A DNA stretch of 61,107 nucleotides, the filler included. It is 8 parts of 8 records of this genome, joined end to end, with 100 filler letters (N's around TTAATTAATTAA, not from the genome) between each part and the next. Parts side by side here need not be neighbours in the genome. Positions count along the whole stretch, not along the records: positions 11,561 to 28,819 come from SRR7504441_6056; 7 more parts are not named here. One strand, given 5' to 3'. This document shows positions 12,845 through 23,207 of this stretch, piece after piece (the stretch's first letter is position 1; the number at the start of each line of letters is the position of its first letter). Position numbers and translations under genes: made by a program. The notes beneath the pieces are model-generated. The model made no database searches. It worked only from the letters and a program-made list of their open reading frames with translations, and had not been told where the DNA came from.

Positions 12845-15616
12845 ATGGTCCAGATCGAGCGGGTGTTTGTCACCTGGGCGCCTACCAACGCCGCGAGCTG
12901 CAAGGGCTGCAACTCCAAGTTCTCCAAGGGCGAGTGTAAGGTGGCCTTGTGCTCGCCATCGCCCTGGCACTCGGGTCTGGACAACAACTTCTACCACCTC
13001 CGGTGCTGCCAGGCCCAGCTTTTGAAGTTCGCCGAGCAGCGGCAGCACGCCCCACCGGACTTCTACTACAAGCTGTCTAGTAGCGAGCTGACCAGCTTGT
13101 ACCAGGCCGCTCCGAACATGCTGCCCCAGGTGGACCCGGCTGCCATCGGCCAGCGGACCGTCCTGGACGAGGCGCTCTGGCGACTCAAGTTCGGGCTGCA
13201 GGAGCTGTCGCCCAAGGCCTTGAAAGAGATGCTCGAGCTCAACCAGCGGTACTTTGACGACAGCTTCAAGTCGCCCAAGCTGGCCCACCACTGCGCCCAG
13301 GGGGTGATGTTTGGAGCCACCCCGCCGTGCCCGGCGTGCAGCCAGCGGGCGCTGATTGTGTGCCCGTTCCTGAACGAAGTCCACTGCGAGGGCAACGTGG
13401 ACGGGTTTGCCCGGTGCGAGTACAAGGCCGCGCTGAGCACGGTCGAGAGGAGCAGCTGGAGCGTGCCCAAATCGTGCAATGGGAGCAAGAGCCCGATCCC
13501 GGGGTTCGTGCACCCCGAGCCGTCGCAGGGCAGGGAACTGATCCAGACCGCCGCCAGCAAGAAACCGGCCAAACCGGCCAAACCGGCAAACCCAGCCAGT
13601 CAAGCCGACAGCAAGAAACCAAAGCAGCAGGCGCCAGTGGCGGTGGACAGCACTCATCAGGATTCGGCGCCGGCTGTGGGCTGTGAATTGGATGGGTGCA
13701 CGTTCTTCTTTTCCGGGAACTTTAGCGGGGACCGGCCGAGGCTGATGCAGATGATCAACTCGGCTGCAGGTGGAGTCTGCTCGAAAGCGAGCAAGGCCAC
13801 TCACATTCTAGTCCCAGCAGCGGCGGCGAGCAAGCCCGGCCCGAGCGCCGCGCTGGCCAAGGCGATGAATGCGCGCAAGGACATTCCGGTGGTGGACCAC
13901 AGGTTTGTGGAGGGCTTGGTCCAGAGTCGAACTCTCACGCTGCGCGAGCCGGCCAGCCTGGAGCGATCTGGGCTGCTGCTGTTTGGTTCGAAGCCGGGCG
14001 GGCCGCTCCAGCTGTCTGGCCAGCCGACCCTGGCCGAGGAGCCGGAGGAGTGCGCGGAGCCGGAGCCCGATGGCCGGGCGAGCAAGCGGCGCAAGCTGTC
14101 GAGTGCGAGCGCCCGGTTGGTTCCCGATTCTGAAGGCCCAGGGGGGAACATTGTTGTGACCGACGACGGATGCGACTGCTTCAGCGTGATGTTGAACATG
14201 TTCACACCGACAGACAACAAGTATTACCTGCTCCAGCTCAGCCAGTGCGGCCGGCGGGGCGGGCAGTATGTTCTGTTCATGAAGTGGGGCGCAGTTGGAA
14301 CTAGCGCGCTCGACACCCACTGCAACACCTATGGCGCCAAGGCTGACGCGATCAAGGCATTCGAGGCCAAGTTCAAGGACAAGACCGGCAACAAGTGGGC
14401 CAATAAGCAGAGCTTTGTCAAGAAGCCCGGCAAGTACGCTTTGGTCGACCAGGCAGACGGGGACGAGTCGGAGCCCGAGCCCTCCGAGCCGACTGCGAGC
14501 GAGCAGCAACCGACGCCAAACCCGGCCGAGGAGCCGGAGCTGACCAAGCCGGTCCAAAAGCTGATCCGGACGATCTTCGACGCCAAGGCGGTGGCTGCAG
14601 CCTTCCAGGGGATGCAGCTCGACGCGTCCCGGATGCCTCTGGGCAAGCTGTCGCGCAGGACTATCCTGCAGGCCTACAGCGTGCTCAAGACGATGCTCGA
14701 ACTAGTCGGCGAGAACCAGCTGCCGCCCGAGGTAGTCGAGTCGCGGCTCAAGCCGGCCACGGCCCAGTTCTTCACGCTGATCCCGCACATGCATGCCCCG
14801 GCGGTGATCAGGGACGAGCAGGAGCTCAAGGCCAAGGTGGGCATGCTCGACGACCTGCTGGGGCTCGAGGCCTCCCAGCGGCTGATCAGCGAGCGGTCCG
14901 GGGTGGGCTGCTCGGTGTGGTCTCAGTACCAGAGCCTCGGGCTGGACATACAGCCGCTGGACAGCTCGAGCCCGGAGGCCGGTGCGATCGAGAAGTACGT
15001 CAAGAGCTCGCATGGGGCCACCCACCAGCAGTACATGCTCCAGATCACCGCGCTGTACAAGCTGGATCAGCCCGAGATGAGCCAGCGGTTCGAGAAGGTG
15101 TCCGGCCGGATTCCCAACAGGCAGCTGCTGTGGCACGGCTCGCGCCTGGGCAACTGGGTAGGCATTCTGAGCCAGGGCCTGAGGATCGCCCCGCCCGAAG
15201 CGCCAGTGACCGGGTACATGTTTGGTAAAGGTGTGTACTTTGCGAACTCGGTCTCGAAGTCGGCCAACTACTGCAGATATGAGGAGCACAGGGAGAACCC
15301 GATCGGGCTGCTGCTGCTGTGTGAGGTCGCACTCGGGAACACACACGAGCTGACCAGGGCCAACACGGCGATTGTAAAGCCACCGGATGGGTACCATTCA
15401 GTCAAGGGATGCGGCCAGATGAGGCTTCCGAACAAGACGCAGATGGCGGATGGCGTGTCTGTGCCTTTGGGCCCGATTGTGAAGGACCAGACGTTCCAGA
15501 CCTCGTTGATTTACGACGAATTCATCATTTATAATGAGGGCCAACAGAGGCCGCGCTACCTCGTAGAAGTCAAGTTTGTAGAACCATTTTCTCTCAGCGA
15601 CTCCGACTCTGATTGA
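12845..15616 (+). CDS. PARP1: Poly(ADP-ribose) polymerase, PARP1-like (zf-PARP, PADR1 zinc domain, BRCT, WGR, regulatory, catalytic), intronless
   Basis: CKGC..YHLRC finger; MFGATPPCPAC; MPLGKLS; LLWHGS, GYMFGKGVYFA, KSANY, YDEFIIY (H-Y-E triad). Confidence 0.95.
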   Translation: MVQIERVFVTWAPTNAASCKGCNSKFSKGECKVALCSPSPWHSGLDNNFYHLRCCQAQLLKFAEQRQHAPPDFYYKLSSSELTSLYQAAPNMLPQVDPAAIGQRTVLDEALWRLKFGLQELSPKALKEMLELNQRYFDDSFKSPKLAHHCAQGVMFGATPPCPACSQRALIVCPFLNEVHCEGNVDGFARCEYKAALSTVERSSWSVPKSCNGSKSPIPGFVHPEPSQGRELIQTAASKKPAKPAKPANPASQADSKKPKQQAPVAVDSTHQDSAPAVGCELDGCTFFFSGNFSGDRPRLMQMINSAAGGVCSKASKATHILVPAAAASKPGPSAALAKAMNARKDIPVVDHRFVEGLVQSRTLTLREPASLERSGLLLFGSKPGGPLQLSGQPTLAEEPEECAEPEPDGRASKRRKLSSASARLVPDSEGPGGNIVVTDDGCDCFSVMLNMFTPTDNKYYLLQLSQCGRRGGQYVLFMKWGAVGTSALDTHCNTYGAKADAIKAFEAKFKDKTGNKWANKQSFVKKPGKYALVDQADGDESEPEPSEPTASEQQPTPNPAEEPELTKPVQKLIRTIFDAKAVAAAFQGMQLDASRMPLGKLSRRTILQAYSVLKTMLELVGENQLPPEVVESRLKPATAQFFTLIPHMHAPAVIRDEQELKAKVGMLDDLLGLEASQRLISERSGVGCSVWSQYQSLGLDIQPLDSSSPEAGAIEKYVKSSHGATHQQYMLQITALYKLDQPEMSQRFEKVSGRIPNRQLLWHGSRLGNWVGILSQGLRIAPPEAPVTGYMFGKGVYFANSVSKSANYCRYEEHRENPIGLLLLCEVALGNTHELTRANTAIVKPPDGYHSVKGCGQMRLPNKTQMADGVSVPLGPIVKDQTFQTSLIYDEFIIYNEGQQRPRYLVEVKFVEPFSLSDSDSD

Positions 15617-15966
15617 GCCGCGCAGGCAGATTGAGCAGTCTCCGATTCCCACACATAACTACGTACAGACAATTTCAAGGTCAGCAGTAGGCTTACTTTG
15701 ATGGCTGCAAATCTTCAACTTACACTCTCGAAGTCAGCACGCACTATAGACGATTCGCTAAATCTGAGAAGGTCTCGACTCACGTGTTAGGTAGATTCTA
15801 CATTTATTCGCGAAGTCGAGCCAAGGCCACAATCATAACCGGATGTCAACTCACGTAAATCAATCGCGCTACAATCGCGCCGTATCTTCGTAATAACTAT
15901 TATCATAAACAATTTCATCCGTTTCTTTATCAATCGTCAATGTTAGTAGGCTAGCTAACAATAGGC

Positions 15967-17193
15967 TCAATGGATGTACTCGAGGTGCTCGTGTCTAGCA
16001 AGCTCGCTCATGTACTCAGGGTTCAGTGCGTCGTCTGCATGGGTGCCAGGCTCGAGTGCATCTGTCTGATTGAAGATCCGCTTCACTTCGGCGTACACCG
16101 CGAGATGGATGTCCCACAGGTTTTGCTGAAAGATCTTGGTCTCCATGTTAGTCACAAGTGTCATGCTAAAATCCAGATACGGGTTGTAACCAGAAAGCGA
16201 ATAGAAGCCCCAAGTCGCGCCGCCATGCCCAAAGAAGTCCGGATAGATGCCCATAGTGCCAAGCCCGTAGTACACGGGGAAGTAGGGCGAGAGCATACTG
16301 AACCGGATCATCTCTAGCACAGTGCTGCACTGGACCACTTTGCACTGGCCGTCCCCGTACAGTAGATGCACCCACTTGGCCATGTCAAGCGGGCTGGCTA
16401 TCACATTCCCACACGTCCAGCCGCCCAGCGCGCTCATATTCCGCACCCATGAGCCGCCCGGCTGCCTGCCGTCGACTGTTCCGTTGTACGCGCTCAGCGG
16501 GCCGTGTTTGGCAAACTCGATAGAAGGGAGCGGCTCGGCAGCGAGCGGGAGAGGGCTTTGCTTCACGCTCTCCCAACTGGAGGCGTTCTGGTGCGTCATG
16601 AGCAGCAGCCCGAGCAGGATGTAGTTGACGTCCGAGTACCAGCCGCACTTGCCCGGGGCGCAGGCCGGCTCCTTCTTGGTCCGAGAAAGCAGCTCGATTG
16701 GCCCGAAATCGTGTCCGGGGGCGGCCATTTGCCACTGTCGGAGCTCGGCCGGCAAGTCGAAGATGCCGGAGGTCATCGACAGCAGCTGGTACACGGTCAC
16801 GTTGGCCACCTGGGCCGGGAACCCGAGCTGCTCCAGCGAGGTCCGGTTGAGCCGCTGGAGAGCCGCGTCCACTGGCTCGGCCGCCGTGCTGTTGAGCGAG
16901 AGCGAGCCGGCCTGGACCAGCTTGAGCACGCTGCTGGCGGTGAACATCTTGGTGCCCGAGCCCCACAGCCACCGCGCGTCGGGGGCCGCCCCGGAAGCCA
17001 GCTGGACCCCGACCCCGCGCCGGGGCGAATAGATGGCCACGCCGATGGCCGAGTTGTTCCACTTGGACGACTTGGCCGCCAGCAGCCCCGGTAAGGCCGC
17101 TTGCAGCGCGGCCGTGGGCGTCTGTGGCTGCTGGGCCAGCGCTGCCCAGCAAGCCCCCGCCAGCAGCCACAGCTGCAGACCGTGTGCCTGCAT
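15967..17193 (-). CDS. Secreted serine hydrolase, beta-lactamase class C / PBP-like family, intronless
   Basis: Hydrophobic signal peptide; SGTK (SxxK); LLSMTSG; YSDVNYILLG; GHGG. Confidence 0.85.
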   Translation of the reverse strand: MQAHGLQLWLLAGACWAALAQQPQTPTAALQAALPGLLAAKSSKWNNSAIGVAIYSPRRGVGVQLASGAAPDARWLWGSGTKMFTASSVLKLVQAGSLSLNSTAAEPVDAALQRLNRTSLEQLGFPAQVANVTVYQLLSMTSGIFDLPAELRQWQMAAPGHDFGPIELLSRTKKEPACAPGKCGWYSDVNYILLGLLLMTHQNASSWESVKQSPLPLAAEPLPSIEFAKHGPLSAYNGTVDGRQPGGSWVRNMSALGGWTCGNVIASPLDMAKWVHLLYGDGQCKVVQCSTVLEMIRFSMLSPYFPVYYGLGTMGIYPDFFGHGGATWGFYSLSGYNPYLDFSMTLVTNMETKIFQQNLWDIHLAVYAEVKRIFNQTDALEPGTHADDALNPEYMSELARHEHLEYIH

Positions 17194-17497
17194 CCTACGC
17201 GACGCGACGGGGACGTGCGGCTGTCACAACCTTGATTATTGGAGTTAACCTTGGAGTGATTCGAAATAATGGGGACTCAGCAAGTGCTCAACACTGACGC
17301 GCGTTGTCCGGTTGTCTATCACTGCGGTACGTAGTACTTAAAAGGTCTACAAGACAATCAAAGGTGCTTGACTTTAGTAGCTGATAGCTAATCCGGGAGT
17401 AATCCGGGAGCTTGCGGTTCAATTGTAAGCAGTCGCACAGCGTAAACCAGTTACCGATCGCGCTATCGCTACATGTACGTACTGTTACAAAAGCGGG

Positions 17498-19375
17498 TCA
17501 CTGGTCCTCGGCTTCGTCCATCGCCATCTCGTCGATCTCGTCCTCTTCGCTCTCGGGCTCGTCGGACGACGATTGGTCGCACGGCTCTGGCATGGTGGCC
17601 ATGATCATCTCGAGCATGCCAGCCAGCGCCTGCAGCTCGTGCTGCAGCTTGAGCTCGGCTTGAACTTTGACTGTGAGCTTGACGAACAACTCGTCTATCA
17701 GCTCGGACTGGCCCACGATCGGGGTGTAGGTGTCGAGCACTTGATTGGCCACGTCAATCAGCGTGCCAGAGTAGTGCGGGTTGCTGATCTGTCGGGTCAG
17801 GAACTCCAACAGTGGCTGCACCCCAGAGTCGCCCCCCCCCGGCTAATGGCGCGCTACCTTTAGTCGGCTCTCTTCGCGCGATGCCAGCGCCTGCCTGAGC
17901 ACGTCCCGCGCGGCGAGCTCCTCGAACAATGACACGATCACCACAGGGTCGCGGTCCTCCAGTAGCACATAGTCGACCGCCGCCTGGAAAGCGAACCGTT
18001 TGAGCATCTTGTCGTACGGCCGCAGCTTGGGCTTCCGGGCGCTCTTCATCACTATATCCTCCTGCCCCGGCGATTGGCCGCCGCGACCATGCCCGCAAGA
18101 CCTCGGCTGGCCGGGCGTTCTTCCCACGCATTTGGTACCCAAAGCTGCCGGCTATCCGCCCAGCTCAGAACCGGCCGGCCCGGCGGGCACCCCGAGGCGG
18201 CCGGCGGCGGGGCTGCAGTCCGGTCCTGGGCTCTCTTCGGCGGCTGGCAGCAGAGGTGAGAGCTGGGCAGAATGGCAGGGTTACCGAACCGCGAGTGTGC
18301 CGTCTGCCAGCCCGACAGCGAGACACTGGTTGTCCGGAGCCATCCCGACGGCCAGGACCGGTGCGGACATCTTGAGCGAGTAACGGACCTGGTAGTCCTG
18401 CATGTCCACCATCTTGACAAAACCGTCAAGTGAGCCAGAGAGCAACCGGCCTGAGCTCCCGTCCATGCACAGACAGCTCACCGCCTTCTGGTGGTGCGAG
18501 CAGCTGTGCAGCAGCCGGCCGCCGGCCGCTACGTCCCACATCTGGCCACGGCTCACCGAGGCAGCGGCGGCAGTTACCTTGACTACGGGCCCTCCTGCGG
18601 ACACGAGCACCGCTCCATTGGCTGAGCAGATCACAGCCTCGACCGGCCAGCCGTGGTCCACGCTGAGCACCGACTGGCCGGACCGCATGTCCCAGCAGCG
18701 GACCGACCGGTCGTAAGAGCCCGACCCAAACGTGTGCGGTCCGCCGAGCGAGCACAACGCGCGTACGTAGTCGTCATGACCTGTGAGCGTCACTGTGGGC
18801 GCCGAGGCCTCCCCCAAGTCCCACAGCTTGATCGTCTTGTCGTCGGAGCCCGAGGCCAGTCCGGTGGTCACCCGGTCGGCCCCGCCCGCCCACGCGAGCG
18901 CCTGGACCGGCTGCGTGTGCCCCCCCGTGCTCTTTTTGAACTGCCGGAGGATGCTCCGGCTGGCGGCCTCGAACACTTGGACCATCCCGGTCGCGCCCCC
19001 GGCCGCCAGCAGCTGGCCGTCCCCCCTGAAGCTCCCCGCGTACGCTGTGTCCTTGAACCGAGCGATCCGCTTCGCCACCGTCACAGACCGCTGCTCGTAT
19101 ATAGTTACCTGCCCCGGCTGGCAGCCGGCGGACCGGCCGGTACCATGGTGGACGCGGTGGCGGCCAGGCTGTGCGGGGCGTTCGGCCGGAAGTGGACGCT
19201 GGTGACCGCGGTGGGGTGCCTGACGTAGACCGGTTCCTGCCCGGCGGTCGGCGGCCGGGCGGCGGGCCGGGCCGACCTTGAGCCTGTCCCAGTAGCGCTG
19301 CTCGCGGGCCGCGTGCAGCCCCGCCGTGGGCAGCCGCTTGAGCCGGATTCCATGGTACTCGCGAGAGGCGTTCAT
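17498..19375 (-). CDS. UTP15: U3 snoRNA-associated WD40 protein UTP15, 7 short introns
   Basis: Spliced model gives RFKDTAYAGSFRGDGQLLAAG, GHDDYVR, HHQKAV, and the UTP15 C-domain LRPYDKMLKRF..FEELAARDVL..ALASR..LLEFL..VGQSELIDELF. Confidence 0.92.
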
Positions 19376-19497
19376 GCCCGCAAGCCCCACAGGTCTCTGC
19401 CCTTCGTGCGGCGAGTCCGGTGCCCAACGGACTCTGCGTTTTGCGTTGCTTCTCCAAGCCGACACAGCTCCCAGCTCAGTCCGGACAGCCCGCAGCC

Positions 19498-21867
19498 ATG
19501 CCGCGCAAGAGGATGTCATCCGACGACGACGACGAGGACTTCTCCAAGTTCAAGACCCCGGGCGGCGTCGACAGCTTCAAGGGCGAACGGACCGGCGACA
19601 AGGACGTGCGGGCCGCTGGCCGGCTGCCGGCTCACTGGGCGCGGCAGGACCGGGGGGCGGAGGAGGGCGTGTCCGGGATCCGGCTGTGCGGCTACCTGTA
19701 CAAGGTGCCGCCCGCCCGGGGCTGGGCCGACCGGCTGGGGCCAGAGCGCCTCCAAGATCGCCGGGCGGTGGCACCGGCGCTGGGTGGTGCTAACCTCGCG
19801 CAACCTCTACCTGTTTGAGGAGCGGGCGGTGCGGCCCCGAGCTGGCCAGCCGCGGACGGCCGGGCAGAACGAGACCCCGAAGAGCATCGTCGACCTGTCC
19901 GACGTGCGCGAGATGACCCTCAGCAAGAAGGTGGTCTTCACCACCTCCGGGCTGGAAGACGTGCGCCGGCCGGGCCAGCTGGGGCGAGCCCCGGCCAGGC
20001 GTTCGCTTTCAAGCTCACGATGAACGACCGGGACACCAAGTACACGCTGGACGCGAGCAACGAGAAGAACCGGAAGCTCTGGATGCAGCACGTGCAAGCA
20101 GTTATGGACGTGCGCCATAGGCTGCTGGCCATCCCGGAGCCGCGGTCAGGACCCGGAGCCGGGCCAGGACGACAAGGACATGTTCGTCAAGACCAACGAC
20201 GCGCCGCGCCCGGTGTCGAAGCGCGAGATGGCCATGCAGGAGGAGCGGGTGCAGCTCAGCCGCGCGGCGCAGGCTGAGCAGCGCGCGGCAGGAAGCGGCC
20301 CGTAAGCGCGCCAAGGAGAGGGAGGCGATACCCAAGGAGATCCGGGACGCGAAGTGGGCCGCGTTCGCTGCCGACATTGAGGCCTCCGAGGCGGGGGCGG
20401 CCGGCGAGGGTGCGCAGCTCGGTTGGCGGGTGTGAGCGTACGGTGCAGACTCACCGGCCGGGAACGCGAGGAAGATGACCTTCTCAGGGAAGTCGCTCAA
20501 AAAGCTGCAGCTGCTGTCCAAGGCCGCCAACGCGGACGGCGACAGCGGAGCGCTCCCCGGCTACCTGAAGAGTGGGCTCGGTAAGGATGCGCTGGATGAG
20601 GAGGAGGCGATGCTCAATGATGACCTGTGCGTGGGCTGCGGGCCGAGCTAACCGAATGGCAGCGAGGACGACGAGTGGGACACTCTCGAGCAGGACAGGA
20701 CCCTCCCCCGCGCCCGGCTGGGGCTCGCCAAGAAGCTTTTCACTGCATATGACTTTGACGGTGTCGGCTGGCCAGGGGCCCCGGGGCTGAGCCGAAAGGC
20801 AGGCTCAAACCGAATTGATTTCGAGGAGTTTTACGCGATTATAAAGAAATTCGACCCGCGGATCCAGCCGGCTGGCGTCCGGAAGACTTTTGAGCAGGTG
20901 GTGGGCGAGTGGGCGGGCCGGAGCGGCAGCAGGTCGGTGCTGACGACCTCGAGTTCCGACCGACTCACTTCTGCAAGTGGCTGGACCTGGTGTTCGGGAA
21001 GGCGTCCGACAAGGAGTTCCAGGCCGGCTGCAAAATGTTGCTCGACGAGTGCTCACCGGAGGCCGTGCTTGGTGCGAGAGCAGCCGGCCAGCCGGGCTCA
21101 TGTGGGCCAGGGCACGCGGAGTCGCTACGACACACGCTACGGCAGATGTGGCACTGGAGGGTGGCAGACGTGCTCCAGCGCAAGTGGATGCCGGAGCTCA
21201 CCTATGAAGAGGTCGGCTGGTCGGGGCGCACTGGCGAGCCTCGTGCAGGCGACTCGTGAGGAGACGCCACAGGAGAAGAAGCTTAGGAAGACTCTCAAGG
21301 ATGTGTGGGGCGGGGGGGTAGCGGACGTGCTCTCGCGGTTCACCACCGACACGACCCCCGGCGAGGTGTCCAATATCAAGCAGGATCCGGATATCTGTGA
21401 GGAGTTGGTCTATTGTGCGATGGAGAACAAGATCGAGCAGGCCGAGCTGCTCCTGGACAACAACGCCAACCCAAACTTCCTCGGCTCGGACCTGCGCACA
21501 CCGCTGATCACAGGCACTGGAGAGCTCACCCGGCCAGCCGCTCACCGGTTGGCAGCGGCCGCTGAGGGCAACGCGGAGATGGTATCGCTGCTGCTGCAGT
21601 ACGGTGCTGACGCGACTGTTACCTCGCGATCCGGTGAGCGATCGCGAGGCCAGCGAGCGCGTGAGTCTGTTACCAGGCAACTCGGCGTTTGACTATGCCA
21701 AGTTCTACAGCCACAACACGGTGGCCGAGATGTTGTCGGATCCTTACCTGTACCGCGGCTCCACTTGCATCAATCCGCTATTCCACGTCACTCTCAAAGC
21801 CGGCAAGCCTCAGCCCATCCTGCGGTTTTTCAGCGAACCAGGCGACAAGAACGAGAAGATCATGTGA
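19498..21867 (+). CDS. Multi-exon protein with N-terminal PH domain and C-terminal ankyrin repeats
   Basis: LCGYLYK|SASKIAGRWHRRWVVL..LYLFE..RKLWMQHVQ (PH); LLLDNNANPN, TPL..AAEGNAEMVSLLLQYGAD (ankyrin); many ~40-nt introns. The middle exons are less certain. Confidence 0.8.
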
Positions 21868-22059
21868 GTTGGGGGCTAACCGGGCAATTAACGAGACGTG
21901 CTTAGTAGCACGAGCTGCAAGTCAGCCGCTCGATCACAACGACTGTACATAGCTCGATATACGTACACAGCGATATCAGAGTCTCAATCTTGAATAAAAC
22001 TCAGCTAATAGTAAACTAATTGCAGACCGCAAGCTATTGCAGAGTAATATTGCTCGAGA

Positions 22060-23082
22060 TCACGGATCCCGATCGCACTCAAAGAAGAAAACGCCCAACC
22101 CGCCGATCCCGAGCTCATCTAAGGTGGTGTCGGGCGACACCGCGGCCGCCAGCTCGAGCATCTCGAGCCCTGGCTGACCGGTTCGCTCGGACGACTTGTA
22201 TGTGCTTGTGTTGGGCTCATTTACATGCTCATTTGTAGTCTGTCGGTGCACATAGTGCACCCCAGCTCCGCGGCTGCCGGGCAAGCTCGGGCAGAAAAGG
22301 TCCAGCCAGTTGTGCGCCCCAGGCTCGCCGGACAAGTCCACCAGCCGCTGGCAGCCGCGCGGCCGGCCCTTGCCCAGGCCCCTTGCAGGCCCGTGCGGCC
22401 GGCCTTTGCCCAGGCCCCTGTATGTGTTGCCCAGGCCCCTGTATGTGTGTGAGAGATGGCCTTCGCCCATTCCGTGCACGGGCCAGCTGAATCCGTTGGC
22501 GTCCGTGTGCACTACCTCCCACGGCGGCCCGCGATACCCGACCACCCGAGTGCAGCCCGGCGGCTCCCCCCCTTTCCCTGGCGAGTTTCGGCCGGCGGTC
22601 AACCGGGCGGCCACCTCTGGTGAGAGCAGCAGCTCCATCAACTCGCCGAGCGTGCTGCCCAGCTCCAGCTGGCGGCACTCGACCAGAGCGGCGTAGCGCA
22701 CGCTGAACATATTTTTGGAGCTCCAGCCCGGGGTGCCCTTGATCCCGATTCTTCTCCCCGCTGCCTTCCCGCCCTTGCCGAAATCTTCCCGCCGCACCAG
22801 CGCGCAGCTCAGGAAGCAGCGCCGGCCAAAGTGCTTGTGAAGCGCCCTGACCAGCAGCAGCTGCAGCGCCCCCGGGATGTGCCGATGGAGCGCCAGCAGC
22901 CCCGCCGCCGCCCGGCGCTTGAACCGGTCCGACTGCAGCGGGTGCGTATCCGGGTTCCAGTCGCTGGCTCGCTCGAAGAGCTCCAGCTCGGATCGGGCCA
23001 TGGAAGGAGCATGGAAGGGTCCCCTCACCACCGGACGCCCTCCGCAGCTCCGCTCGAAGAGCTCCTCCAGATCTGCCTCCAT
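22060..23082 (-). CDS. Hypothetical protein (340 aa, intronless) with a short (TY/A)RGLG repeat
   Basis: Long ORF with ATG, divergent from the 23208 gene; no recognisable family. Confidence 0.55.
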   Translation of the reverse strand: MEADLEELFERSCGGRPVVRGPFHAPSMARSELELFERASDWNPDTHPLQSDRFKRRAAAGLLALHRHIPGALQLLLVRALHKHFGRRCFLSCALVRREDFGKGGKAAGRRIGIKGTPGWSSKNMFSVRYAALVECRQLELGSTLGELMELLLSPEVAARLTAGRNSPGKGGEPPGCTRVVGYRGPPWEVVHTDANGFSWPVHGMGEGHLSHTYRGLGNTYRGLGKGRPHGPARGLGKGRPRGCQRLVDLSGEPGAHNWLDLFCPSLPGSRGAGVHYVHRQTTNEHVNEPNTSTYKSSERTGQPGLEMLELAAAVSPDTTLDELGIGGLGVFFFECDRDP

Positions 23083-23207
23083 CTCCCGCCGAGCTCCACC
23101 CGGCTCAGGCCTGCCAGGGGCTCATGTCAGGCTCCAGCCGGCAGGCCAACAGACTGAGAGATCGTGCTCTCATCTCATCACCGGGGCGGCGGTACGCAGG
23201 GAAACAC

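Noticed and set aside
1-17193. A biosynthetic gene cluster linking the NRPS-PKS with nearby enzymes such as the beta-lactamase-like hydrolase
   Set aside because: They lie on different contigs separated by a linker, so adjacency is artificial.
22360-22450. Repeated TGCCCAGGCCCC units as a CRISPR-like array
   Set aside because: Only three short units with no unique spacers; they are in-frame coding repeats (RGLG) and no cas genes are present.
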